A DNA stretch of 64,000 bases from Longimicrobiales bacterium (GTDB taxonomy: Bacteria > Gemmatimonadota > Gemmatimonadetes > Longimicrobiales > Gaopeijiaceae), in NCBI GenBank assembly GCA_965226375.1, contig CBDDCX010000008.1:1664001-1728000 (forward strand). Reading direction: 5' to 3'. A program made the position numbers and the translations under genes. Position 1 is the first letter of the stretch. Each line of letters opens with the position of its first letter. The notes under the pieces are model-generated. The model was not told the DNA's origin. It saw nothing but the letters and a program-made list of their open reading frames with translations, and did not search any database. Positions 1-10,324 of this stretch are shown here, piece by piece.

Positions 1-192
1 GCCACCATGGAGGCGAACGGGGCTTGGTATCTCGAGAGTAGTTACATGGACCCGGCCAAGACCCGTGCCATCCGTTGGCTTGTAAACGAAATCTGCTCCG
101 AAATCCGGCGACAGGCCGTCTTCCTGGTCGACGGATTCGGCATTCCGGACGAGGTGCTGCGGGCCCCGATCGCCCTCGAGAAGGAGAGCTAG
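1..192 (+). CDS. Acyl-CoA oxidase/dehydrogenase, C-terminal fragment (gene starts before the window)
   Basis: Translation ends ICSEIRRQAVFLVDGFGIPDEVLRAPIA, typical of acyl-CoA oxidase C-termini. Confidence 0.7.
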   Translation, partial: ATMEANGAWYLESSYMDPAKTRAIRWLVNEICSEIRRQAVFLVDGFGIPDEVLRAPIALEKES

Positions 193-344
193 GCGGGTCT
201 GAGACGCCCCTGTTCGCCCCGTTTCACCCCCTTCCAGGGCGCCCGCGTAGCCGCATCCCGAAAAAGAAACACTTGTTTCCAGAAAACCGGCTCCGCATCT
301 TTCAGGTGTTGGACGACATTTTGACTTCCCCGAGGAAGGGACAT

Positions 345-1363
345 ATGGCTCGCAAGATCGTGTCCGCATGCGCGCTGGTGGTAAGCCTGTCAGTGGTGAC
401 TCCAGCTCTGGCCCAGACGCCGGTTTGGTCCCCGGATCGCCCGGATGGGCACGCCCCTGGCGGGGTTATGGCCGACTACACCCTGCAAAAGGGCGAGATT
501 TACGTCGCCTACAGGTACTCCCGAGAGGACTTCGAGGGAACGCTGGTCGGCACGACGCCCTTCTTTTCCGATGACGTCTTGGACTTCTTCTCGGTCGCTC
601 CGCTCACGCTCGACAGGGAGATACACGAGGTAGAGTTGCGTTGGGGACTCTCCGACTATTTCACGGCGGCGGTGTCGATGCCGTTCGTGCTCAACAAAAT
701 GTGGAACGTGACCGAGGACGACGAGTTCTACGAGACTCGATCGAACGACATTGGGGACCTGAGCATCCGTCTTCTCTTCGATCTCTTCGAGATCGACCAG
801 TACCGAATGCACCTGATGCTGGGGAGCACCCTCCCCTCGGGCGAGAATCAGGACACCGACCAGACGCCATTTTCCGGCACGGGCCAAGACGTGCTGCCGT
901 ACGCCATGCAGGCCGGCACGGGGCACGTAGACTTCTTGGGAGGTCTGGGCTTCACCACCCAGAACGAGGTGGCGAGTGTCGGAGCGCATGCCAATGTGGC
1001 CATCCGCCCCTTCAACAACGAGCAAGACTACCGTCGTGGTGACGCGTTCGAGTTCACCGCCTGGGGCGCGTATAACCTGAACGAGTGGATGAGCGTATCG
1101 GCTCGTGTTCTCTACCAGAGTGAGGGAGAGACCGAGGCGCCGATCCGGGTACCGACCCCTTGGTGGATCCAGGCTCGAACCCACTCGCCCAGGGGGGCGA
1201 GCGGGTGTACATCCCGTTCGGGCTCAACCTCTACTTTCAGGATGGCGCCTTCGACGGTCATCGCCTCGCGGTCGAGTGGTTCTACCCGGTTCATGAGGAT
1301 CTGAACGGGCCCCAGCTGTCGGTCGCCAACACGTTCGTGGTCTCCTGGCAGGTCGCTTTCTAG
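345..1363 (+). CDS. Outer-membrane beta-barrel transporter-like protein (MetA-pathway phenol degradation-like), with an apparent 1-nt frameshift near 1137
   Basis: Signal peptide MARKIVSACALVVSLSVVTPALAQ, RPDGHAPGGVM motif, and C-terminal WQVAF reached only in the second frame (ORFs 75..1304 and 1160..1363). Confidence 0.65.
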
Positions 1364-1382
1364 ACGGACCATCTAGAAGCTC

Positions 1383-1417
1383 GAACGCCCCGTCCGGAGT
1401 CACCGGACGGGGCGTTC
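1383..1417. terminator. Bidirectional terminator-like hairpin between convergent genes
   Basis: Perfect 15-bp inverted repeat GAACGCCCCGTCCGG / CCGGACGGGGCGTTC with a 5-nt loop. Confidence 0.75.
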
Positions 1418-1448
1418 TGCGTTCACAAGTAGGCCTTCGACCTCTACG

Positions 1449-2723
1449 CTAAGCCACCCGGACCATGTGATAGGCCTTCTTCCCTTTCCGGAGCACCAGA
1501 AACCTCCCTTCAACGGCGTCTTCGATCCGCACCCGGGCCTCGACGTCCTGAACCCGGACGTTGTTCAGGTACAAGCCGCCCCCCTCGATCGAACGACGAG
1601 CGTCCCCGCGAGAACTGGCCAATCCGGTCGACGCGAACAGATCCAGGATGCCCGTCCCCTCTCCCTCCAACTCCACCCGCGGGATCTCGCTGGAGGGCAC
1701 ATCGGCAAAGATGTCGGCGATCTCGCTCGCCATCAGTCCCGTGAGCTCACCGCCGAACAGGACCGACGTCGCCCCCTGTGCGTTGGCCAGGCCCGTCTCC
1801 CCGTGGACACGGCTCGTGACCACCTCCGCCAGCCTCCGGTGGGCCGCCCGCTCGTGAGGACGCTCGGCCAACTCCGCCTCAGCAACAGCGATCTCGTCGG
1901 CGTCCAACAGCGTGAAATACTTGAGGTACGCGACAACGTCGCGATCGTCGACGTTCATCCAGAACTGGTAGAACCGATATGGCGATGTGAGCGCAGGGTC
2001 GAGCCACACCGCACCCGCCTCGGTCTTGCCGAACTTGTGGCCACCGGCCCCGGTCACGAGAGGATAGGTGAGACCATGCGCCTTCTCGCCTGTCATCCGC
2101 CTGACCAGATCGATGCCCGCAGTGATGTTCCCCCACTGGTCGCTTCCACCCATTTGCAACGTGCAACCGTATCGCTCATTCAGCGCTACGAAGTCGTAGG
2201 CCTGCAGGAGTGCGTAGCTGAACTCCGTGTAGGAGATGCCCACTTTCTCGTCTTCGAGACGGCGCCGCACCGACTCCTTTTTCAGGAGGACGTTGACCGA
2301 GAAGTGCTTTCCCACGTCCCGGAGAAAATCGACCATGGCGATTTCGCCGAGCCATTCCAGGTTATCCACGGTGCGCGCCGCGTTGGTGGCACAGTCGAAG
2401 TCGAGAAAGTGCTCTAGCTGAAGCTGCATGGAGGCCAGGTTTTCAGCAGCCTTCTCCTTGGTGAGCAGCTGGCGCTCCTCCGTCTTTCCCGAAGGGTCCC
2501 CGATGAGCCCGGTCCCGCCACCCACTAACACGATGGGATGGTGCCCAGTGCGCTGGAGATGCACGAGACCCATGATGGGCATGAGGTTGCCCACGTGAAG
2601 ACTAGGTGCCGTGGGATCGAAGCCGATGTAGCCGGTCACGGCCCCCTCGGCGAGGGCCTCCTCGGCCCCGTCCGTGGCGTCCTGCAACATCCCGCGCCAG
2701 CGGTATTCTTCCAGTAGGTTCAT
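1449..2723 (-). CDS. tyrS: Tyrosine--tRNA ligase
   Basis: YIGFDPTAPSLHVGN (HIGH), QMGGSDQWGNI, KFGKT (KMSKS), C-terminal S4 domain. Confidence 0.98.
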   Translation of the reverse strand: MNLLEEYRWRGMLQDATDGAEEALAEGAVTGYIGFDPTAPSLHVGNLMPIMGLVHLQRTGHHPIVLVGGGTGLIGDPSGKTEERQLLTKEKAAENLASMQLQLEHFLDFDCATNAARTVDNLEWLGEIAMVDFLRDVGKHFSVNVLLKKESVRRRLEDEKVGISYTEFSYALLQAYDFVALNERYGCTLQMGGSDQWGNITAGIDLVRRMTGEKAHGLTYPLVTGAGGHKFGKTEAGAVWLDPALTSPYRFYQFWMNVDDRDVVAYLKYFTLLDADEIAVAEAELAERPHERAAHRRLAEVVTSRVHGETGLANAQGATSVLFGGELTGLMASEIADIFADVPSSEIPRVELEGEGTGILDLFASTGLASSRGDARRSIEGGGLYLNNVRVQDVEARVRIEDAVEGRFLVLRKGKKAYHMVRVA

Positions 2724-2831
2724 TGCTCTCGGTTCAGTTTCCGGCTTTTCCGATGCGGGAGCCGAAAGATAATCGCGGTGCGATCCGGCGCGAGGGCCGT
2801 GGGTCCGGCGCGAGCCCGCCTTCCGTTACGC

Positions 2832-4262
2832 CTACCCGGTCTCGATCACTCCGGCCCGGGGTCCGGCAAGACGCACCCGAACCTCTGTGCGGTCGATCTT
2901 GCCATTGACGTTTCTCGGCAGCTCCTCGGCCACAGCGAGCAAGCGGGGCACCTCGGCGCCCGACAAACGCATGCGCACTGCGGCATCCAGACCTTGCAGG
3001 TCGAGCGCTCCCGACTCGGAAACTACCAAAGCCCCTACCACCTGACCCCAGGTGTCGTCGGCAACACCGATCACCACAACGTCAGCCACACCTGCGACGT
3101 CTCGGATCACGGCTTCGACCCTGGATGGGTCGACGTTGACCCCGCCGGAGATGATACGTTCGTCGACTCGGCCGGAGACCCAAAGGTGACCGTCGTCATC
3201 GAGGGACCCGTAGTCCCCGGTGGCGAGCCATCCTTTTTCGTCACAGAGGGAGGGAGCCACTGTCGCACCGCGCACCGAAATCTCGCCGCTTTCCAGCAAC
3301 CGAAGCTCGAGGCCGTCGATGGGAAGGCCTACCGTGCCCGGCTTCTCGGCAACGAGGTCGGGCGGGGCGGTAGCGACCTGCGAGCAGGCTTCGGTGAGGC
3401 CGTACGTGAGGGCGATGGGGTATCCGCGAGCGACGGCCAGCTCGACGAGCGGTGCCGCGGCCGCCGCTCCGCCTACGAGCAGACATCGCAGACCGGGCGG
3501 GACCGGCGCGTCTCCACCAGCATCGACGAGATGTCGCAGCATGGTCGGCACCAGGGACGCATGGGTGATCTCGGCGCGGTCGATGAGCTCGACCAGCGTC
3601 TGCGCCGAGTACCGGCCCCGAACCACCAGGCAGGATCCCGAGTGAACCGCCCGGTGGACCAAGGCCAGCCCGCCGATGTGGGCGGGTGACAGGGATCCGT
3701 ACCAACGATCACCCTCCCGCAGATCCAGACGTGCCGACACGGCCAAAGCACTTGCATCGAGAGCGTCCAGAGTCACCGGCACGACCCGGGCCTCACCCGA
3801 GGTACCGGACGTGCACAGGAGGGCAAAGGGCCGGCCGGTTTCAGCCGGGGGACCTCCCTCGGAGGCAGCACCTTGCTCCGGGGGCGGCTTGGGCAGGTCG
3901 TCCACAGTGACGAACCAGTTTCGGTCCAACCCCAACCCGTCCACGTCGGCCTCGGTGCTCAACAGGAGGTCGGCGCCGATGGCATCGAGGGCTCGTTCGA
4001 GCCCTTCGGATCCCACGCCCGGGTTCAGAACCGCCAGCGTGGCTCCGGTGCGCGGCACCGCGAACAGGGCCTGGACCGCTAGAGCACCTGGATGTGCGAC
4101 CAGCGCGACGGTCGCTCCGAAGGTCGAACCGATCGGCTGCAGGCGTCGCGCCATCCGAGCAACGGCGGCATCGAGTTCGGCGAAGCTCCAGATGCGATCC
4201 CCGTCATCCAGTGCCGGGGCGTCCGGCCGCTTTCCGGCCACGACGCGAAGGGGGTCCCTCAT
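2832..4262 (-). CDS. menE: o-succinylbenzoate--CoA ligase
   Basis: ANL-family motifs TSGTSG, YGLTEA, ATGD. ATGA overlap with the menA stop, within the men cluster. Confidence 0.85.
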   Translation of the reverse strand: MRDPLRVVAGKRPDAPALDDGDRIWSFAELDAAVARMARRLQPIGSTFGATVALVAHPGALAVQALFAVPRTGATLAVLNPGVGSEGLERALDAIGADLLLSTEADVDGLGLDRNWFVTVDDLPKPPPEQGAASEGGPPAETGRPFALLCTSGTSGEARVVPVTLDALDASALAVSARLDLREGDRWYGSLSPAHIGGLALVHRAVHSGSCLVVRGRYSAQTLVELIDRAEITHASLVPTMLRHLVDAGGDAPVPPGLRCLLVGGAAAAAPLVELAVARGYPIALTYGLTEACSQVATAPPDLVAEKPGTVGLPIDGLELRLLESGEISVRGATVAPSLCDEKGWLATGDYGSLDDDGHLWVSGRVDERIISGGVNVDPSRVEAVIRDVAGVADVVVIGVADDTWGQVVGALVVSESGALDLQGLDAAVRMRLSGAEVPRLLAVAEELPRNVNGKIDRTEVRVRLAGPRAGVIETG

Positions 4263-5158
4263 GCGAAGGCGAGGCTCAGCCCGAGCAACACACCGTACAA
4301 CGCCACCACCCGAGCCGTTCCGGGCAACGCCGGAACGAGTGCACGGGCGTCGTCCTCTGTCATGATGAGTGTAATCGGTCTGATGGACGCCACTCCTGCG
4401 ACGAGGGCAATGAGGGCGGCTCGGGGCCACCCGAAGAGGGCCACCCCGACCACCGGCACCGAGAATCCCACAGCCATCAACAGGGTGTACTCGACCCGGC
4501 TACCGTCTCGGCCGAGTCGGACAGCGTGCGTGCGTTTCCCGGCTGCAGCATCGGTCTCGAGGTCCCTGACGTTGTTGGCCACCAATATGGCCGTACTCAG
4601 AGCACCCACGCCCGCCCCGGCCACGAGCACGTCCGCCGGAAGGGCGAGACCCTGAACCCAGTAGGTCCCCCCCACCGCCACCAGGCCGAAAAACAGGAAT
4701 ACGAAAACGTCCCCTAGGCCATGATAGGCCAGCGGGAAGGGTCCTCCCGTGTAGGCAACGGCACACAAGAGGGATGCCAGACCGACCCATACGATGGGCC
4801 ATCCGCCCACCGAAACGAGGTAGACACCCACCAGCAGGGCCATGAACAGGGTCAGGATCATGCCCCGCCAGACCTGCCTGGGAGGGATCAGACCAGCCTG
4901 AGTCACTCTCGTGGGTCCCACCCGATCTTCCGTGTCCCCCCCTCGGAAGAAGTCGTAGTAGTCGTTTGCCAGATTCGTCCCGATCTGGATGAGGAGCGCA
5001 CCCACGAGTGCGGCCGCCGCCGGGACGGCTTGGTGGGTGCCGTGCGCGGCGGCCAAGCCGGTCCCCACGAACACAGGAGCGGCGGCGGCTGACAGGGTCT
5101 TCGGACGGGCGGCCAGAATCCAGGCACGTGTGCGGGAGATGGGCACGGGCTCTGTCAT
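4259..5158 (-). CDS. menA: 1,4-dihydroxy-2-naphthoate polyprenyltransferase
   Basis: ARPKTL, NLANDYYD, NNVRD..TD...GKRT motifs (UbiA/MenA family). Confidence 0.95.
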   Translation of the reverse strand: MTEPVPISRTRAWILAARPKTLSAAAAPVFVGTGLAAAHGTHQAVPAAAALVGALLIQIGTNLANDYYDFFRGGDTEDRVGPTRVTQAGLIPPRQVWRGMILTLFMALLVGVYLVSVGGWPIVWVGLASLLCAVAYTGGPFPLAYHGLGDVFVFLFFGLVAVGGTYWVQGLALPADVLVAGAGVGALSTAILVANNVRDLETDAAAGKRTHAVRLGRDGSRVEYTLLMAVGFSVPVVGVALFGWPRAALIALVAGVASIRPITLIMTEDDARALVPALPGTARVVALYGVLLGLSLAFA

Positions 5159-5216
5159 CAGCGCTGCTCCGCCGCCCCTGCTGGCTCGGTTTGGATTCCC
5201 AGGTCGGTCCGGCCTT

Positions 5217-6056
5217 CTACCACGGTAACCACGGAAACTGCCGGAAGTCGGGCTTACGCTTCTCGAGGAACGCGTTCTTCGCTTCCTTGGCCTCCTCCGT
5301 CATGTAGAAGAGGAGTGTGGCGTTTCCGGCAAGCTCCTGGATTCCCGCCTGGCCATCGACATCCGCGTTGAAGGAGGACTTGAGCAGCCGGATGGCCAAG
5401 GGGCTCCTGTCGAGGATCTCCTGGGCCCAACGCCAGCCCTCCATCTCGAGCTCCTCCACGGGCACGACTTTGTTCACCATGCCCATCTCGAGGGCCTCCT
5501 GCGCGCTGTACTGGCGACACAGGTACCAGATCTCCCTGGCTTTCTTCTGACCCACCATCCGGGCGAGGAATCCCGCCCCGAAACCCCCGTCGAAGCTCCC
5601 CACCTTGGGGCCGGTCTGACCGAATACAGCGTTGTCGGCGGCGAGTGTGAGGTCACATATGATGTGGAGGACATGGCCGCCGCCGATGGCGTATCCGGCC
5701 ACCAGGCAGATCACGGGTTTCGGCATGCTTCGGATATAGCGCTGTAGCTCGAGGACGTTGAGCCTGGGGACCCCGTCCTCTCCCACGTACCCGCCGTCTC
5801 CTCGCACCTTTTGATCCCCACCGGCGCAGAATGCGTGGACACCATCCTCCGCAGGCCCCTCTCCGGTGAAGAGTACCACGCCGATCCGGGTGTCTTCACC
5901 CGCATTCCTGAAGGCCTCCTGCAGCTCCAGGAGTGTCCCGGGCCGAAAGGCGTTACGAATCCGAGGCCGGTTGATGGCGATGCGGGCTACTCCATCGGCC
6001 TTCTTATAGGTGATGTCCTGGTACTCCTTCACCACATCCCATTGCGGCTCGTTCAT
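5217..6056 (-). CDS. menB: 1,4-dihydroxy-2-naphthoyl-CoA synthase
   Basis: [29 protein letters not shown]. Confidence 0.97.
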   Translation of the reverse strand: MNEPQWDVVKEYQDITYKKADGVARIAINRPRIRNAFRPGTLLELQEAFRNAGEDTRIGVVLFTGEGPAEDGVHAFCAGGDQKVRGDGGYVGEDGVPRLNVLELQRYIRSMPKPVICLVAGYAIGGGHVLHIICDLTLAADNAVFGQTGPKVGSFDGGFGAGFLARMVGQKKAREIWYLCRQYSAQEALEMGMVNKVVPVEELEMEGWRWAQEILDRSPLAIRLLKSSFNADVDGQAGIQELAGNATLLFYMTEEAKEAKNAFLEKRKPDFRQFPWLPW

Positions 6057-6132
6057 TTATACTCGTCCCGAGTTTCGAGTCACTGTCTTGTTCCTGCGTC
6101 GACCGGGGCCGCTCGCCTCGAGCCGACGACCC

Positions 6133-7980
6133 TCATTCCGCCTCAATCTCACGGCGGACCGCCTGGGTTACCATCTCGATCACCTCCCGGTGCCTGCGAT
6201 GACTGTCGTCACGGTCCGTTCGAATCTCCAGAATCCGGGGCCCGGGCTCAAGCAGGGCCTCATGGAAAACCTCTGAAATGCACGCCATCGCGTCCAGACG
6301 TCGGTAGGGGATCCCATAGAGTTCCGCAGCCCGGCTGAAGTCGAGGCCATGCGGCGTTGCAAAGTAGCGCGTGAACTCCGGCTCGTGCTCGCGAATCGGG
6401 AGCATGTGGAAAATCCCTCCCCCGTCGTTGTTAATCACCACGAAGAGCACGTTCAACCGATTCTGTGCAACCGCGAGCAGGCCGTTCATGTCGTGGGAGA
6501 ACGCCAGATCTCCGAGTAAGGCCACCACAGGCGGCTCGTTGGGGCCAACCGTTTCTCCTTCGCCTCGGGCGGTGCCCACTTCACGGGTGGTACCCGCTTC
6601 ACCGGTGGTACCCGCCGCGACACCGGCCGCCGTGGACACGATCCCGTCGATTCCGCTGGCACCTCGATTCCCGAGAACACGAAGCCGCTTCGACCTCGCT
6701 CCCCCATACGCGTCCAGATCCCGCACCGGCATGGAGTTCGACACGAACAGCGTGACGTCCTCCGGGAGCGCATCGACCAGGGCCGAAAGGACGTCTCCCT
6801 CGAAGAAATCGCCCTGGCCGTCCTGAACCGCCTCGCGGGCCGTCCGGTCGATGCGCTCCCATACCTCGCTCCAAGAGGTCGGCGCGATCCTCTCGGACAC
6901 GCCAGCCGCGAGCTCGGTGAGAATCTCCGCTACGTCGGCCTGCACGTAGCGAGATGCGGCGGACAGAGAGTTCTTTCGGGGGCGTCCCACTCCGATCACG
7001 ATGTGAGGTGCGCTGCCACACTCCTCCAGGAAGGTGAGCACACCGGCAGAGGTAGGCGGACCCCCGATCCTGAGAACGAGGTCGGGTCGAAGCAGATCCC
7101 GCACCGCGGCGTCGCGAAGGAACAGGTCGGATGAAGCGATGGCTGGCGGTCCGTTACCGCGTCCGAACCGCGCGCCCGAGAGGGGGTCGGCGAGCAGCGG
7201 AAACCCGGTGGCCGCGGACAGTCGGATCAACGCAGGCCCGACCACGCCGGGATCGCCGACCGGGCCGGCGACGATGAGCCCCCGCTCACCACCTCGAAGA
7301 AAGTCGATCAGACCCGACACCTCCTCGGCCGAGTGAACAGCTTCGGAGCCCGAAAACACCTCCATGGGCGAGCCGTCCGCTCGTCCATCCAGGCCCGACA
7401 GGTCCTTTTCCCGAAGAGTCGCCGCTCGCTCTCGATCCATCTCGACCGGGTCCAGTGGCTTGTCGAACGGCAGGTTCACATGGACGGGGCCCGGATGGGG
7501 CGCCAACGCCAGAGCAACGGATCGACAGGCCAGAACCCTTGTCTCCCGCAGCTTCTCCAGTGCCGGGTCGCCGGCATCCAGGCTAGCGCGTGTGTAGGAC
7601 CCGTACATGCCTTCTTGTTCGATGGTCTGGTTGGCGTCGGAGCCGCGGAGGCGGAGAGGTCGATCGGCCGTGAGCACAAGGAGAGGCACATCGCTCAACG
7701 AGGCTTCGATGACGGCGGGAAACAGGTTCGCCGTGGCGGTGCCCGACGTGGTGATCACGGCCGCGGGCCGACCCGCAGCCTTCCCGAGGCCGAGCGCGAA
7801 AAAAGCCGCCGAGCGCTCGTCCAGGTGCACCCACGTGGTAAAGCGGTCGTCCCTGGCACATGCCATGACCAAGGGGGTGGATCGGGAGCCCGGTGCGATG
7901 CACACGTGCACGACACCCATCCGAGCCAGTTCATCCGTGAAAGCCCTCGCCCAGGCGGTGGTGACCGCCGGATCGCTCAT
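6133..7980 (-). CDS. menD: SEPHCHC synthase (ThDP-dependent)
   Basis: PGSRSTPL, DERSAAFFALG, NRGASGIDG, GDLAF...NNDGGGIF. Confidence 0.96.
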   Translation of the reverse strand: MSDPAVTTAWARAFTDELARMGVVHVCIAPGSRSTPLVMACARDDRFTTWVHLDERSAAFFALGLGKAAGRPAAVITTSGTATANLFPAVIEASLSDVPLLVLTADRPLRLRGSDANQTIEQEGMYGSYTRASLDAGDPALEKLRETRVLACRSVALALAPHPGPVHVNLPFDKPLDPVEMDRERAATLREKDLSGLDGRADGSPMEVFSGSEAVHSAEEVSGLIDFLRGGERGLIVAGPVGDPGVVGPALIRLSAATGFPLLADPLSGARFGRGNGPPAIASSDLFLRDAAVRDLLRPDLVLRIGGPPTSAGVLTFLEECGSAPHIVIGVGRPRKNSLSAASRYVQADVAEILTELAAGVSERIAPTSWSEVWERIDRTAREAVQDGQGDFFEGDVLSALVDALPEDVTLFVSNSMPVRDLDAYGGARSKRLRVLGNRGASGIDGIVSTAAGVAAGTTGEAGTTREVGTARGEGETVGPNEPPVVALLGDLAFSHDMNGLLAVAQNRLNVLFVVINNDGGGIFHMLPIREHEPEFTRYFATPHGLDFSRAAELYGIPYRRLDAMACISEVFHEALLEPGPRILEIRTDRDDSHRRHREVIEMVTQAVRREIEAE

Positions 7981-9353
7981 CGTGCCCCGCTTGCCGCCAG
8001 GGCTCGGAGCACGGGCTCGAACTTCATGCTGGTCTCTTCCCACTCGAGGCCGGGATCCGAACCGGCCACGATGCCCGCTCCTGCAAACAGTCTCCACTGA
8101 CGGTCTCGTGCCACCGCGCAGCGGAGCGCCGGAGCGAAGACCCCATTGCCCTCCACATCGAACCAGCCCACCGGTCCCGCATACCATCCGCGCTCGAACG
8201 GCTCTTCCTGGCTCAGGAAGTCGAGGGCATCGTCCCGTGGAAGGCCACAAACGGCTGGCGTCGGGTGCAGGGCCTCGAGCACCTTCAGCACGGTCGATCC
8301 CTCCGGGACACTCGCTCGGATCTCGGTCTCGAGGTGTTGTATTCGCGCCAAAGTCAGGACGTGTGGCTCAGGCTGAGCGTGCACCTCGTGAGCCAACGGA
8401 CCCAGGCGCGCCACCATGTCGTCGAGCGCGATGCGATGCTCGACCGCGTCCTTTTCGCTTGCCAGCAGGCGAGCCGCCAACGCTTTCTGTTCTTCAGGCG
8501 TTTCACCGCGAGCCACCGTCCCTGCGACCGCAGTCGCATGGAATGTACCCCGGGACATGGTCGCCACCGTTTCTGGAGCGGCCCCCACGAGCGGGCACCC
8601 GTCGGCCGGCTCGAAGAGGAACACGTGGCTTCCCCGGTTCTCTTCCCACAGATGTTGGACGACTTCCACGGGATCGAGCGGGTCTTCCGTGACCACGTCC
8701 ATCGTGCGGGCCAAGACCACCTTGGACACTCGCCCGTCGGAGATAGCCGCCAACGCATCGGTCACGGTGGCCTCCCAGACGCTACGCTTCGATTCGGCGC
8801 GCGTGGTGGGGACGGTGAGAGGCGCCTCGCCGTCGACACGCGGTGGCTCGCGAAGTCCGTCGGCGATCTTGCCGACCCGAGTCAGAAGGAGTCTCACCGC
8901 CTGGTCTACGTTGCCATCGCCAGGACCGACCAGGGCCCGGGCAGTCAGCCGGGGGGGCCGGCGGCCTCCACCCTCGAGTTCGAACTCCGGGAGATGAAAA
9001 AGCGCGGGCGTAAATCCGGCCCAAAGGTCGACGGGCGAATGGTCTGAGCGGAAGGAGAAGCCTCCGTAGAACCGGCTCGGAGCGTCGAATTCGCCGTCCG
9101 TGGCCGGAGGGATCTCGAGCAACTCCCGAGCTTCGGTCTCCACGGCGGCAAAACGGTCCGTCGCGGCGTCTCCGCTCACCGAAAGCGTGGCGACGGCACC
9201 GGAGTGGGCCACCCAGCGGTCGGCCCTGGCCCAAAACCCACGAGGCCCGCCTTTCGCCTGCCGGAGGAACACCATGGGATGCGCATCCACGGCTCTTGCA
9301 GTCACGGTAACGAGGCGTGCCGGGGCGGCCACGACGGTATCTGCCGGGTTCAT
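7977..9353 (-). CDS. menF: Isochorismate synthase
   Basis: KVVLAR, EKDAVEH, LHPTPAVCG, RGWYAGPVG, AGAGIV. Overlaps the menD start. Confidence 0.9.
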   Translation of the reverse strand: MNPADTVVAAPARLVTVTARAVDAHPMVFLRQAKGGPRGFWARADRWVAHSGAVATLSVSGDAATDRFAAVETEARELLEIPPATDGEFDAPSRFYGGFSFRSDHSPVDLWAGFTPALFHLPEFELEGGGRRPPRLTARALVGPGDGNVDQAVRLLLTRVGKIADGLREPPRVDGEAPLTVPTTRAESKRSVWEATVTDALAAISDGRVSKVVLARTMDVVTEDPLDPVEVVQHLWEENRGSHVFLFEPADGCPLVGAAPETVATMSRGTFHATAVAGTVARGETPEEQKALAARLLASEKDAVEHRIALDDMVARLGPLAHEVHAQPEPHVLTLARIQHLETEIRASVPEGSTVLKVLEALHPTPAVCGLPRDDALDFLSQEEPFERGWYAGPVGWFDVEGNGVFAPALRCAVARDRQWRLFAGAGIVAGSDPGLEWEETSMKFEPVLRALAASGAR

Positions 9354-9529
9354 GGCTCCGTGGTTCAAGCGTGCGTATGCCCTACGGTCCCGCAGCGGGC
9401 CGAGGGCGCGGTGGTCTGGCCGAAGGCAATATACGTGAAAGGTGCGCCTTACCAAGACGAACCACTCCACGTGTGAGGCGGCCCACGGGCGCCTCGCGTT
9501 GGTGCGGGTGGACGGGCATGTTGTGTCCC

Positions 9530-10324
9530 ATGGCGCAGCCCACCTCCCCTGACATCCGCCCCCGGCCCACGGTCGCGCTGTTCGTCACATGCATGGTGGA
9601 CACCCTGTATCCCAGAGTCGGACTGGCGGCCGTGGAGCTACTGGAGCGACACGGCGCCGACGTCGTGTTCCCAGAGGGCCAGACGTGTTGCGGACAGCCG
9701 GCCTTCAACGCCGGGCATCGAAAAGAGGCACGCAAGCTCGCCTCGCGCTTTCTCGACGTGTTCGGCCCTCTGATCGAAAGCGGTGCGGTCGATGCCGTGG
9801 TGGCGCCGTCGGGAAGCTGCGTGGCGACGGTGAAGCACTCGTTCAGGATCCTCATGGAGGAGGGAGCGACCGCACAGACGCGCGGGTGGGCCGACCTCGT
9901 TGGTGATCACATCCACGAGCTCACCGAGTACCTCGTCGACGTGCTGGGTGTGGAGGCCACGGGCGTGAAGGGGAGCGGGCGCACCACCTATCACGCCTGC
10001 TGCCACCTGTTGAGGGACCTCGGGGTCGATCACCAACCCCGACGGCTTCTGGGGAACTTGCAAGGTTTGGAGCTCATCGAGCTCGAAGAGGCCGAGGAGT
10101 GCTGTGGCTTCGGCGGGGCCTTTGCCGTGTGGAACCCCGAGATCAGCACCGAAATGGGTCTTCGTAAAGCCCGCCATCTGGACGCCACCGAAGCCGACTT
10201 CGTCGCCGTGGGTGACGTGGGCTGTATGACGCACATCAACGGAATTCTGACCCGAGGCGGTCATCGGTGTCGCGCGATTCACATTGCCGAGCTCCTGGCG
10301 GGCGACCACGAGGGCAGCGCATGA
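9530..10324 (+). CDS. lutA: L-lactate utilization Fe-S oxidoreductase (CCG domains)
   Basis: FVTCMVD, QTCCGQPAFNAG, YHACCH, ECCGFGG. First gene of the lutABC operon. Confidence 0.9.
   Translation: MAQPTSPDIRPRPTVALFVTCMVDTLYPRVGLAAVELLERHGADVVFPEGQTCCGQPAFNAGHRKEARKLASRFLDVFGPLIESGAVDAVVAPSGSCVATVKHSFRILMEEGATAQTRGWADLVGDHIHELTEYLVDVLGVEATGVKGSGRTTYHACCHLLRDLGVDHQPRRLLGNLQGLELIELEEAEECCGFGGAFAVWNPEISTEMGLRKARHLDATEADFVAVGDVGCMTHINGILTRGGHRCRAIHIAELLAGDHEGSA

Noticed and set aside
1467..2417. Long antisense or alternate-frame ORFs (for example 1467..2417, 7607..8692, 51169..52131, 56339..57562)
   Set aside because: Shadow ORFs expected in high-GC DNA opposite well-supported genes, with no recognisable motifs
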